Virus record (IMG/VR): IMGVR_UViG_3300011888_000003
Origin: an uncultured virus (IMG/VR IMGVR_UViG_3300011888_000003)
Lineage: Duplodnaviria > Heunggongvirae > Uroviricota > Caudoviricetes
Length of the DNA stretch: 64,000 bases
Strand: one strand, 5' to 3'
Below the pieces are notes generated by a model. It saw only the letters and a list, made by a program, of their open reading frames with translations. It was not told the origin of the DNA and ran no database searches. The translations under genes were made by a program, and so were the position numbers. Positions 1-7,799 of the stretch are shown one piece after another; positions within the stretch are counted from its first letter, which is position 1, and every line of letters starts with the position of its first letter.

Positions 1-12
1 GAATCCTGCATA

Positions 13-495
13 TTAGAGGGGAGAAGAGGTGGGGAGGGAGGTGAAGGAGTGGAGGGCGCGAGGGATATTGTCATAAAGAAGGGTGATGCTTTTGGTTTCT
101 ACTGTGCTGTGTAGGGTGTTTGTTTGACTGATGAAGAAGAGAAGGTGGTCTTTGTCTTTGACGGGAATGAGCTCACTTTTATTAAGGTACTGGACGCGTA
201 GTGTAGAGTCAGAGGAGTTAGTGATGAGGGCGCGTAGTTCATATTGAGTGGATACGGGGGATTGCTGTTGGAATCGTTTTAGGTTTTTGACGAGGTAGTC
301 GGTGATGATGTCTTGGTTGGTCGGTGAGAAGTAGCAGAAGGCACGGTGGCGAGGCGAGCGTTCATGAAAATGTCGGGTGAGTTGAATGACAAAGACGTGA
401 GGTTCTTTGTCGATGAGTGTGTCTTTGGAGTAGAGGACAAGATAGAGTTGATTGAAGATAGGGCTGTGTACGAATTGTCCTGGTGTGAGTTCCAT
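13..495 (-). CDS. hypothetical phage protein (160 aa)
   Basis: ORF with upstream AGGAG RBS, in tandem with neighbouring minus-strand genes. Confidence 0.7.
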   Translation of the reverse strand: MELTPGQFVHSPIFNQLYLVLYSKDTLIDKEPHVFVIQLTRHFHERSPRHRAFCYFSPTNQDIITDYLVKNLKRFQQQSPVSTQYELRALITNSSDSTLRVQYLNKSELIPVKDKDHLLFFISQTNTLHSTVETKSITLLYDNIPRALHSFTSLPTSSPL

Positions 496-509
496 GGGAG
501 TCTCCTTTC

Positions 510-992
510 TTAGAAGGGTTCTTGGATGGGAGTATAAGGGTCGAGTGTCTGTTTATTGACTTTGCGATAGAGTTGAAGGATGTTGTAGCGGGCGGGGCCA
601 AACTCCAGTTCAGAAAGCAGTAGCTTCTTACTATCAAGGATAGCTTCAAGTTCTGCCAAGCTCTTTATCTCGACGAGTCTATGATACATGGGATAGAAGG
701 TCGCGATTTTGTTGTACATGGCTCGAACGGAACTGAGGAGGTCTTTGCTTTGTTTGTCATTGAATGTATTATCTAAGAGACGGAAAATGACGTCATCGAG
801 TTCAGGAAGACAGTGGAGCGGGAAACCTGAATACGTATATTCATGGTGTAATAAGTAGGACTTGAGTGGGGTGAGAACGATACAGAGTGGCGTCGTGCCA
901 TCTTCTGGTTTAAGACTCATGTTCGTTGAATCGACGGAGAACAAGAGGCCTTCGCGACGCGGATGATAATAAAACTTTCCTTTTGTAATCAT
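510..992 (-). CDS. hypothetical phage protein (160 aa), C-terminus IQEPF
   Basis: ORF with AAAGGAG RBS. Confidence 0.75.
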   Translation of the reverse strand: MITKGKFYYHPRREGLLFSVDSTNMSLKPEDGTTPLCIVLTPLKSYLLHHEYTYSGFPLHCLPELDDVIFRLLDNTFNDKQSKDLLSSVRAMYNKIATFYPMYHRLVEIKSLAELEAILDSKKLLLSELEFGPARYNILQLYRKVNKQTLDPYTPIQEPF

Positions 993-1087
993 AGTTATCT
1001 CCTTTCAACAGGGGAGCCATAGTGGATGTGTCAGGTTTTTTAAAAGAACTCCATAGGGAGGCCATCGCGGATGTGTCTCGGCTAAAT

Positions 1088-1168
1088 TAAAAAAACGCCC
1101 TCCGATGCAGTCCAGGTACGAGGAGAGGGGTAGGCTCCTACAATACCTGAACTACACCGAAGGGCGTA
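1088..1168 (-). ncRNA. putative long-hairpin small RNA or extended terminator with C-rich loop
   Basis: Minus strand pairs ACGCCCUUCGG/UCGGAGGGCGU, UGUAGUUCAGGUA/UACCUGGACUGCA and AGGAG/CUCCU, then a U-run. Confidence 0.45.
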
Positions 1169-1200
1169 TATGTCCCTAAGGGTGAGTCAATGAATCAACA

Positions 1201-1230
1201 ATCAAGAAAGGAAGGCCGAAGGCCCTCCGC
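1201..1230 (-). promoter_or_regulatory. GAA-triloop hairpin element (putative phage RNAP promoter)
   Basis: ATCA-AGAAAG-GAAGGCC-GAA-GGCCCTCCGC. Confidence 0.6.
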
Positions 1231-1237
1231 ACTTGAC

Positions 1238-1828
1238 TTAGAACGGCTGGTTGTCGTCCCCTGCACCGATGATGCCTGGTACAGCTGGAGTCTCAACAGC
1301 CGGTGCAGGCGCTTGTACGCCCGCACTTTGTTGTTGCATTTGCTGGAACGCCAAGAACTGTTGGAACTGAGCCATGAGTTCAGGGGTCATACCAGCAGGC
1401 GCCACCTGTGCTTGCGCGACAGGTTGAGCCGGTGCTTGCGCCTCTGCCTGAGCAGACGCTTCACACAATTTGTGGACGTGACGAAGGATTTGCGCGCGGA
1501 TAGGACGTACGATAGAGAGGATGTCCGAATACTTCGTTTCCCCGTTCTCTTTGTACGAATCCTGTGGCACGACAAGACGTAACGAATGCCCGTCATCATT
1601 GCGGAAGACTGAGACATTGATACCGCCGACGACAGTATTCAAGAATACGTTCGCGACGACACCCTGTTTCTTCTGTGCTTCCGAGTGCGCGGCTGTTACC
1701 TTCATCGAGATGATACCGAGTTTCGCATTCGAGTCTTTGTCCGTGACGTCATCAAGACCTTTCGCGTCAGACAAATACCAAAGACGTCCAGTACCTTCTT
1801 GTTGCACGTTCGTGTTAATTTGTAGCAT
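1238..1828 (-). CDS. SpoVG/SSB-like nucleic-acid-binding protein
   Basis: Beta-rich core (LRLVVPQDSYKENGETKYSDI) reminiscent of SpoVG, a Q/A/P-rich linker and an SSB-like acidic tail DDNQPF; AGGAGG RBS. Confidence 0.55.
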   Translation of the reverse strand: MLQINTNVQQEGTGRLWYLSDAKGLDDVTDKDSNAKLGIISMKVTAAHSEAQKKQGVVANVFLNTVVGGINVSVFRNDDGHSLRLVVPQDSYKENGETKYSDILSIVRPIRAQILRHVHKLCEASAQAEAQAPAQPVAQAQVAPAGMTPELMAQFQQFLAFQQMQQQSAGVQAPAPAVETPAVPGIIGAGDDNQPF

Positions 1829-1913
1829 GTGAATTCCTCCTTTTAATGTCGCGTGGACAATATGGTTTGCCTAAGACGATGTTGAACCCTGAGTGGGCGA
1901 ACATGGTCGCTGA

Positions 1914-1978
1914 TACACCTTGCCTCATCAGACCTACGGAAGGCACCCGTAGATGACGCCCAAATGGACGTTTCGGCT
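1914..1978 (-). ncRNA. type II hammerhead ribozyme
   Basis: GCC-GAAA-CGUCC(auuu)GGGCG-UC^-AUCUACGG(gugccuu)CCGUAGGU-CUGAUGA-GGC; loop I can pair with downstream AAGGUG (pseudoknot); predicted cut between 1955 and 1954. Confidence 0.9.
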
Positions 1979-1993
1979 TGTAGAACAAAAAGA

Positions 1994-2080
1994 ATCAAAA
2001 AAAGAAGGCCGAAGGCCCTGCGCTCTTAAGGTTTTCAAGAACGCTTTTAATCATTAAAAGAAGGCCGAAGGCCCTGCGCT
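1994..2080 (-). promoter_or_regulatory. two tandem GAA-triloop hairpin elements
   Basis: ATCA-AAAAAA-GAAGGCC-GAA-GGCCCTGCGC (1994-2023) and ATCA-TTAAAA-GAAGGCC-GAA-GGCCCTGCGC (2050-2079). Confidence 0.6.
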
Positions 2081-2087
2081 TTTGGGT

Positions 2088-2294
2088 TTAAAGGGTCAGA
2101 TAGATGAATCCGACAACGAACGCGGTCATGCCTATAGAGAGGATGACGCACTCGTAGCAGTTGGTGAACGCATAACTACGTTTGACTTTATCCTTGGAAT
2201 GACGGACACGGATATATTTAAGGGTCGCGCGGAACGTCAAGGAATAGAAGAACAACAAGAAGAGAATCAAGACGGCAATGAGTACTGGAATCAT
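2088..2294 (-). CDS. small membrane protein (2 predicted TM segments)
   Basis: Two hydrophobic stretches; GGAGG RBS. Confidence 0.7.
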   Translation of the reverse strand: MIPVLIAVLILFLLFFYSLTFRATLKYIRVRHSKDKVKRSYAFTNCYECVILSIGMTAFVVGFIYLTL

Positions 2295-2303
2295 GAGTAC
2301 CTC

Positions 2304-2492
2304 CTATTGTAGGTGGAATGCTTGATAGAATAGGTAAAAGGCGAGACCGAAGAATATCATGTAACCGATGAAGTGGTCGTCGAGCCGGTTCTCCTTGTAA
2401 GATAGATATAAGAGTCCGAGACCGATGAGGAATGAGATGAAGCCGACGAAGCAGATGACGAATGCGAATTCACTGGCTGTACCTTCAAACAT
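2304..2492 (-). CDS. small membrane protein (2 predicted TM segments)
   Basis: Two hydrophobic stretches; AGGAGG RBS. Confidence 0.7.
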   Translation of the reverse strand: MFEGTASEFAFVICFVGFISFLIGLGLLYLSYKENRLDDHFIGYMIFFGLAFYLFYQAFHLQ

Positions 2493-2538
2493 GAGAATAC
2501 CTCCTAAAAGGGAGAGGGCAGGGCGACCCTCTCATGTA

Positions 2539-3123
2539 TTATGCTGTCGTTTCCGCGACAGGTGCTTCAGGTGCTGGTGTTTGCTTTGCGTCCTGTTGAC
2601 TCTTGAGGAGCTTGACGATTTCAGAGAACGATGCTTGTTGCTCTTGGAGCTGGACTTGCGTCTGTGCGAACTGCTGTTCAAGTTTGTTGAGACGCTCATC
2701 TTCGATTTCTTGTCCACCAAGGAGTTCCTTCGGTAACTGGATGTTGATGACTGGCTGAAGCTCTTCTTGTTTACGTGGGTCGACAGGTGCGCCACCGAGC
2801 ATGCGACGAGCTTTCTCCAGGATAGAACCATCATGGTACGCGGCTTCACGTTTCTCGAAGACATCGATTTGTTTATCGACGACTTTCTTCTCGCGATGGA
2901 GTCCTACCATTTCGACAGCTTTTGCATGGACGTCTGGGACTTCGAGTCCGAGCTTCTCATAGAGACCGTTGATGAGCAAAGCGTTCTCCATGTTGCTGAC
3001 GTCACTTTCGTTTTTGTGCTCCATGAACTTGTTGCCGGATACCGGAAGCATGCCTCCGAGTTTAGAACCGACTGAACGACTGCGTGGGTTATTATATTCC
3101 TCAATAAAACGTTGTGCTGACAT
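2539..3123 (-). CDS. hypothetical protein with Q/E-rich coiled coil
   Basis: 194-aa ORF with GAGGAAG RBS. Confidence 0.75.
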   Translation of the reverse strand: MSAQRFIEEYNNPRSRSVGSKLGGMLPVSGNKFMEHKNESDVSNMENALLINGLYEKLGLEVPDVHAKAVEMVGLHREKKVVDKQIDVFEKREAAYHDGSILEKARRMLGGAPVDPRKQEELQPVINIQLPKELLGGQEIEDERLNKLEQQFAQTQVQLQEQQASFSEIVKLLKSQQDAKQTPAPEAPVAETTA

Positions 3124-3154
3124 ATGAATCTTCCTCTCTAAAATAGATTGATGC

Positions 3155-3184
3155 CCTAAAAAAAGAAGGCCGAAGGCCCTCCGC
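3155..3184 (-). promoter_or_regulatory. GAA-triloop hairpin element
   Basis: CCTA-AAAAAA-GAAGGCC-GAA-GGCCCTCCGC. Confidence 0.55.
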
Positions 3185-3203
3185 CTTTAGGGGTTGACTG
3201 ATG

Positions 3204-3566
3204 TTAGACGCTAACGACTTGTTTGATACCACCGAAGCGATATCCTTGTGTACCATCTTTACGGACGTGACCATACGGCACATGGTTCAATACATCGATG
3301 ACTTCATAGTAGAGCATGCCGTCCTCTGCTTGGATAGTGGCGACGATGCTCGTATCCATGAACGGATTGACGATGGCGAACGCGTCTCCGTTCTTTAAGT
3401 CAAGGACTTGGTCGGAGGCAAGACAGAGGTCTGCTAGGATTTCATATTGCGACAGGTTCATGTCTTCAATCTTCTGGAGTGGTTTCTCAGGGATGATGAA
3501 CTTGGCGTTCATTCCGCTGACGATGACTTTGTCTTCGAACGTGTGTGCTTGAGTAGTTGGATGCAT
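3204..3566 (-). CDS. hypothetical protein
   Basis: ORF; start moved to the ATG (MHPTT) following the GAATGGAG RBS. Confidence 0.7.
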   Translation of the reverse strand: MHPTTQAHTFEDKVIVSGMNAKFIIPEKPLQKIEDMNLSQYEILADLCLASDQVLDLKNGDAFAIVNPFMDTSIVATIQAEDGMLYYEVIDVLNHVPYGHVRKDGTQGYRFGGIKQVVSV

Positions 3567-3599
3567 GATTGATTTCTCCATTCGTATTTAGATTTAGGA

Positions 3600-4130
3600 T
3601 TAGTATTGTAATGAGCTTTGTGGAACGGGATTGTCGAGGTTCTTCTGGACATATTCCTTCCACGGGAAGACGTAACCAGGTTTCTTCTTCCAGATGAGGT
3701 GCTGATAGGAATCGGTCTGTACACCGTCCCATAACCAGAGGATGGCGTCGCTCTCTCGAATCAGGATGAGGTTGCGATTATCGAGGAGCTTCTTCATCGG
3801 CTTATCTTCGTCGCGTTCCTGCATGTAGGTCACTTGCTTGGCATGTTCCAGTTGTTCACGGACATGTACCCAATCGGCGCCTTGCTTCTTACCGAAACCA
3901 GGGAAGGGAAGGATGAGGTGAATCTGCTTCTCATAGCCGTTGTGATAGAGCCACTTCATGGCACGGCAATCCCAATGGTCGGCGCAACCAATCAAGAAGG
4001 TATGCCCTTCTTTTGCTAAGACTTTCAATTGTTTGATTTGCCAATCGAAGATGTCGTCGAGATAAGGACTCTTCCGATTGTAGTAGAGATGATGGGGACG
4101 CATACGCATACCGATGATACCTATCTTCAT
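3600..4130 (-). CDS. SLOG-superfamily (YspA/DUF1273-like) protein
   Basis: MKIGIIGMR..P, FLIGCADHWD, LILPFPG and RNLILIRESDAILWLWDG follow the YspA-like pattern. Confidence 0.65.
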   Translation of the reverse strand: MKIGIIGMRMRPHHLYYNRKSPYLDDIFDWQIKQLKVLAKEGHTFLIGCADHWDCRAMKWLYHNGYEKQIHLILPFPGFGKKQGADWVHVREQLEHAKQVTYMQERDEDKPMKKLLDNRNLILIRESDAILWLWDGVQTDSYQHLIWKKKPGYVFPWKEYVQKNLDNPVPQSSLQY

Positions 4131-4444
4131 GAACCTGCACCTACCTTTTCTTCCCATGAGATAAGAAGATGAGAGGGATGCGTTTGATGGACAGTGAACC
4201 CACGATATGTCAATTGCTCCATGATAGCTTCATCGTAAGCATGAATGTTTGAGAAAAGGAATTCATAGTCAGAGAATGAGACATGATGAGAGTATAAGCC
4301 TCGTGCGGCACGTGGCATGCAATCTGCTATCATTTCTTCGGCGACATTGATGATTCTAGTATTGAGTACGGCGTCTTCATGTTGGTTCTGAAGATTCCGT
4401 TCGTTTGCCATGAAACGAAAGATTTCTGCTTCTGTAGACATCAT
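4127..4444 (-). CDS. hypothetical protein
   Basis: ORF; start placed after the GAATGGAG RBS. Confidence 0.7.
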   Translation of the reverse strand: MMSTEAEIFRFMANERNLQNQHEDAVLNTRIINVAEEMIADCMPRAARGLYSHHVSFSDYEFLFSNIHAYDEAIMEQLTYRGFTVHQTHPSHLLISWEEKVGAGS

Positions 4445-4471
4445 AGGTATCTCTCCATTCATATGAAATTT

Positions 4472-4501
4472 ATCAAGAGAAGAAGGCCGAAGGCCCTCCG
4501 C
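4472..4501 (-). promoter_or_regulatory. GAA-triloop hairpin element
   Basis: ATCA-AGAGAA-GAAGGCC-GAA-GGCCCTCCGC. Confidence 0.6.
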
Positions 4502-4503
4502 TC

Positions 4504-4794
4504 TTAATGTTTAACGACATAGATGACGCGATATGGTGCGACATCCTTGAAGTGGTGGTAGCCGAAATAGCATTGGTAACCGCATGAGTAGAAGAACAAT
4601 GAAAGGGCGAGCTCCTCTGCTGACGTGAGCTCTAGTTTAGTGACGCTTCTCGTGATGCGTGTATCATGTTGGAAGAATAAGGCGTCACGCATGTCACTTA
4701 AGATGTCTTCGATTAAGTCTTGGATGCTTGTGTTGAATTGGTTCAGTAAAGGGATAGAGTTCTCTGGTGTGAGAGAAAGCAATTTTTCGTTCAT
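4504..4794 (-). CDS. hypothetical protein
   Basis: 96-aa ORF with GAACGGAG RBS, flanked by two hairpin elements. Confidence 0.7.
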   Translation of the reverse strand: MNEKLLSLTPENSIPLLNQFNTSIQDLIEDILSDMRDALFFQHDTRITRSVTKLELTSAEELALSLFFYSCGYQCYFGYHHFKDVAPYRVIYVVKH

Positions 4795-4824
4795 AGGTAT
4801 CGCTCCGTTCGTGTTGGATTTAAA

Positions 4825-4854
4825 ATCAAGAAAAGGAGGCCGAAGGCCCTGCGC
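4825..4854 (-). promoter_or_regulatory. GAA-triloop hairpin element
   Basis: ATCA-AGAAAA-GGAGGCC-GAA-GGCCCTGCGC. Confidence 0.6.
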
Positions 4855-4856
4855 TC

Positions 4857-5153
4857 TTAAGATTGAAATTGTGCGTAATACTCTTCTTCCAGGCGTGCGA
4901 GTTCCATTGGGGATAAGACTTCAATATCAGGAAGCAAAGGCGTGAACGGGCAATTGGCGCGATATGCTAAGTGTTTCTCACAAGCCCGTGCCCGTGTGAG
5001 TAGACTGTCGAGTTTCCCACTAGGCCGAAGGCTAACGATGTCTTTATCTTTGGCGACGATTTTATTGACACATCCATTGACGAACAAAGCTTCCTGGACG
5101 AATGCTTCTGCGTAATCTGTTGGATTCTGTAATATCTCTTGATAACCGTACAT
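4857..5153 (-). CDS. hypothetical protein
   Basis: 98-aa ORF with AGGAGG RBS. Confidence 0.7.
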   Translation of the reverse strand: MYGYQEILQNPTDYAEAFVQEALFVNGCVNKIVAKDKDIVSLRPSGKLDSLLTRARACEKHLAYRANCPFTPLLPDIEVLSPMELARLEEEYYAQFQS

Positions 5154-5210
5154 GTTAACTCCTCCTTTTTAGTAGACTGACGAGACCGCTCTTAAGCTGA
5201 AGGCAAGAAG

Positions 5211-5262
5211 AAGGATATGTCCTCTTATCACTTGATATGTCAGCCAGTGGATATGTGTCCAC
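5211..5262 (-). repeat. three tandem GA-CAUA-UC mini-hairpin/palindrome motifs
   Basis: AGGATATGTCCT, TGATATGTCA and GTGGATATGTGTCCAC; related copies near 1023, 1069, 1165, 7017, 7035 and 8011. Confidence 0.55.
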
Positions 5263-5266
5263 TTAT

Positions 5267-5292
5267 AAAAAAAAGAGAGCCCGAAGGCCCTC
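5267..5292 (-). terminator. intrinsic terminator related to the hairpin element
   Basis: Minus strand GAGGGCC-UUC-GGGCUCUC followed by an 8-U run, immediately after a stop codon. Confidence 0.55.
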
Positions 5293-5623
5293 AAGGACGA
5301 TGCTGGTCAAAATGTTCTGCTAGGTCGACAATTTGTCGTTGCTCATGCAAGAGTAAGCGCTCTGTGTCTTCATAGAACTCGAAGATACGAGTGACGGCGT
5401 AATCATAGTCAGCGCCGGTATATCCGACGAGGTCAGCAATCCGTTCCGCCGTATAATACCGAATGTCTTTGCTATGCTCTCCGATGAAGTGGAAGCTAGA
5501 GACTGTAATGAACTCCTTTGTCTCAGGATGGTCCTTGTGGGCATATTGTTCAGTGAAGACCGCATTCATGGCAAGAGCTAGACGATGTGTAATGCCATTG
5601 TTTGAAAGTGGATGTGTCGGCAT
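5291..5623 (-). CDS. hypothetical protein
   Basis: 110-aa ORF with AGGAGG RBS. Confidence 0.7.
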   Translation of the reverse strand: MPTHPLSNNGITHRLALAMNAVFTEQYAHKDHPETKEFITVSSFHFIGEHSKDIRYYTAERIADLVGYTGADYDYAVTRIFEFYEDTERLLLHEQRQIVDLAEHFDQHRP

Positions 5624-5665
5624 GATGTGTCCTCCTTTAAATAAAAAAAGAGAGGCCGGAGCCCC

Positions 5666-5938
5666 TCACTGACTGAACTTAGCGTGCGTAATCATCATGT
5701 TGATATCTTTGCCTTCGAACTGATACGGGATATCGAAACCATAAGGAATCGGGTAGAACGTCGTGCCGTCGACAGAGACTTCATACATGCGTTGTCCTTC
5801 ATTGTTGAAGTGCGTCATGCGAGCTTCCTTGATGCCTTCATACAGGACACCGTCACGATAGATATCCATGTATGCTTTTGTTTCCGTTTCATGATGTAAA
5901 GGTTTGATAGTAGTAGTAGGTTGGATAATAGTGTTCAT
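5666..5938 (-). CDS. hypothetical protein
   Basis: 90-aa ORF, GGAGG RBS, start overlaps the upstream stop. Confidence 0.7.
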   Translation of the reverse strand: MNTIIQPTTTIKPLHHETETKAYMDIYRDGVLYEGIKEARMTHFNNEGQRMYEVSVDGTTFYPIPYGFDIPYQFEGKDINMMITHAKFSQ

Positions 5939-6210
5939 GCTGTTGCCTCCTCTAAAATGTCGAATGAAATGATGCGTTTGCTTTCAATACATGATTCATT
6001 GTATTCCGCGACGGCCTCGTCAAGAGACTTATAGCGTGTATCGACGTTTCCTGCAATTGAACGACGACTGAGGACACGCTTCTCGAAATCGAAGTCGTTG
6101 ATGCATGAGATATTGTTATTAACGAATACCCCCCGTTGTCCGTTTTTAAGCAAAACAGCAACGAGAGGACGGTCGACGATAATACTATAGTGCATATCAA
6201 AGTATCTCAT
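5935..6210 (-). CDS. hypothetical protein
   Basis: 91-aa ORF, translationally coupled to its neighbours. Confidence 0.7.
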   Translation of the reverse strand: MRYFDMHYSIIVDRPLVAVLLKNGQRGVFVNNNISCINDFDFEKRVLSRRSIAGNVDTRYKSLDEAVAEYNESCIESKRIISFDILEEATA

Positions 6211-6386
6211 TACATCGTCCCCGTTTCTTTTAAGATAGCATGCGTGCGAAGACGACTTGCCTTCGCTTGTTCGATGAGGCGTTCGCGTTCTTGACGGTCA
6301 CGTTCCGCAATCGTGATACCTGCGACTACCATAGAGAAGGCGTATAATAACCAAGCTTTACCGATAAATGTTAATGTACGTTTCAT
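6210..6386 (-). CDS. small membrane-anchored protein
   Basis: MKRTLTFIGKAWLLYAFSMVVAG hydrophobic segment; GAATGGAG RBS. Confidence 0.6.
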   Translation of the reverse strand: MKRTLTFIGKAWLLYAFSMVVAGITIAERDRQERERLIEQAKASRLRTHAILKETGTM

Positions 6387-6417
6387 GAGTTTCTCTCCAT
6401 TCGTATAAGGTTTTAGT

Positions 6418-6600
6418 TTAGAAGGTGATATTAACGACAAAGACTAAGATGCTGACAGTACAGAAGAAGATGACGCCCGCGCCGAGCATATCACGTTTCT
6501 CTTTGAAGAAATACATGGTAAAGCCACTCCCTACGACTACGATGAGTAGAAGTAGGAAGTAGAAGAAACAATAGGTCATGAAATCGATTAACGTCCACAT
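6418..6600 (-). CDS. small membrane protein (2 predicted TM segments)
   Basis: Hydrophobic 60-aa ORF with AAGGAG RBS. Confidence 0.65.
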   Translation of the reverse strand: MWTLIDFMTYCFFYFLLLLIVVVGSGFTMYFFKEKRDMLGAGVIFFCTVSILVFVVNITF

Positions 6601-6932
6601 TTGCGACTCTCCTTTAGTTGGCGGTCAGCCACTTTGATTTCATCAGCAAGGGAAGGAGCAGTCGTCATGAGACGATACTCCAATTGAACTTGTGATGCGG
6701 CACAACGTAACAATTCGCGTTCAATCCAGAAGACCTTTTGCTGATAGGCTACTTTGAGCTTTTGCTTGATGGACGCTGAACCGTCACGGTGCTTGATGAT
6801 ATGTGGCGTCTTCGCTTCGAGGATGATGCCCGTACGCACCTGTTTGTGTTCCGGTGCCTGATGCTCCGCTTCATCATAGCGGAAAGGCTTATCCATATTT
6901 GCTTCACGTTCGATTTGTTGATGTACTGACAT
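6588..6932 (-). CDS. hypothetical protein
   Basis: ORF; start placed after the GAATGGAG RBS. Confidence 0.7.
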   Translation of the reverse strand: MSVHQQIEREANMDKPFRYDEAEHQAPEHKQVRTGIILEAKTPHIIKHRDGSASIKQKLKVAYQQKVFWIERELLRCAASQVQLEYRLMTTAPSLADEIKVADRQLKESRKCGR

Positions 6933-6961
6933 TTGAATCGCTCCATTCATATTAGATTATA

Positions 6962-6991
6962 ATCAGACAAAGAAGGCGGAACGCCCTGCGC
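6962..6991 (-). promoter_or_regulatory. GAA-triloop hairpin element (covariant stem)
   Basis: ATCA-GACAAA-GAAGGCG-GAA-CGCCCTGCGC. Confidence 0.6.
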
Positions 6992-7065
6992 CCTTATCTT
7001 TTAAGCCGAAGGCGCTGGATATGTCCGATGCCCTGAATATGTCAATGCATAAAAAAGAAACACGC

Positions 7066-7323
7066 TCATAGACGAATCGAGCGTGCCCCGTTGAATACCA
7101 ATACATGGTCATTGCAGTCGCCACCACAATCACAGTCGTGACCAAGAAGACCTTGTGTATCGAACCCAAGAGCCTGGAACCCTTGAGCAAGCGTCATACG
7201 CCCGTAGACTTTTTTAGCTAAACGATTCGAGAGAACGAACCGGTCTTTCTTCCCAATGCCTAAGTCAGAAAGCAAAGGGCGGATAGTACGTGCCAATGCT
7301 TTACGTGCAGATTTGTTTGTCAT
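7066..7323 (-). CDS. hypothetical protein with HDCDCGGDCNDH Cys/His cluster
   Basis: 85-aa ORF with AAGGAGG RBS. Confidence 0.7.
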   Translation of the reverse strand: MTNKSARKALARTIRPLLSDLGIGKKDRFVLSNRLAKKVYGRMTLAQGFQALGFDTQGLLGHDCDCGGDCNDHVLVFNGARSIRL

Positions 7324-7373
7324 GAGTAAGCCTCCTTGAATGTGTATGTAAATAAAAAAGAAAGACGCCCCGA

Positions 7374-7745
7374 TTAAAACGGGACGTCGTAAGAACCACG
7401 TTCATTATTTAAATCAGCCCCACGAAGGTGGGATTTCAAACGCATTGCGTCAATCCCCTCAAGAACAGGGAAAGAAGAATCGCCTGGGTCAACAGGCGTG
7501 AAACGAGCGCAAGATGCCAAGATATCGTATGTTGCGTCAATAGCTTGTGTCTGCGGTACGTCCCATGCATCAGCAGGATTCAGTAATTCCGCCATGTATT
7601 GCAGATAATAAGGCGTATTGCCCATTTCCTCTGCATGGAAGACGAAACTGTGTACGAAGACGCAATCCTCAGAGATAGCGCCGCGCTTGAGCAATTTGTT
7701 CATAGATAGAGCAAGACCGTGTAACATCTCAGTATTAGGTAACAT
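7374..7745 (-). CDS. hypothetical protein, C-terminus YDVPF
   Basis: ORF downstream of a hairpin element; exact start uncertain. Confidence 0.65.
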   Translation of the reverse strand: MLPNTEMLHGLALSMNKLLKRGAISEDCVFVHSFVFHAEEMGNTPYYLQYMAELLNPADAWDVPQTQAIDATYDILASCARFTPVDPGDSSFPVLEGIDAMRLKSHLRGADLNNERGSYDVPF

Positions 7746-7770
7746 TAGAACCATTCCCTTCGATATTAGA

Positions 7771-7799
7771 TTCACGTACAGGTGGCCAAGGGCCCTATG
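7771..7799 (-). promoter_or_regulatory. hairpin element variant (AAG loop)
   Basis: TTCA-CGTACA-GGTGGCC-AAG-GGCCCTATG. Confidence 0.45.

Noticed and set aside
5175..5210. CTGACGAG hammerhead-like string on the plus strand
   Set aside because: No matching GAAA or supporting stems nearby
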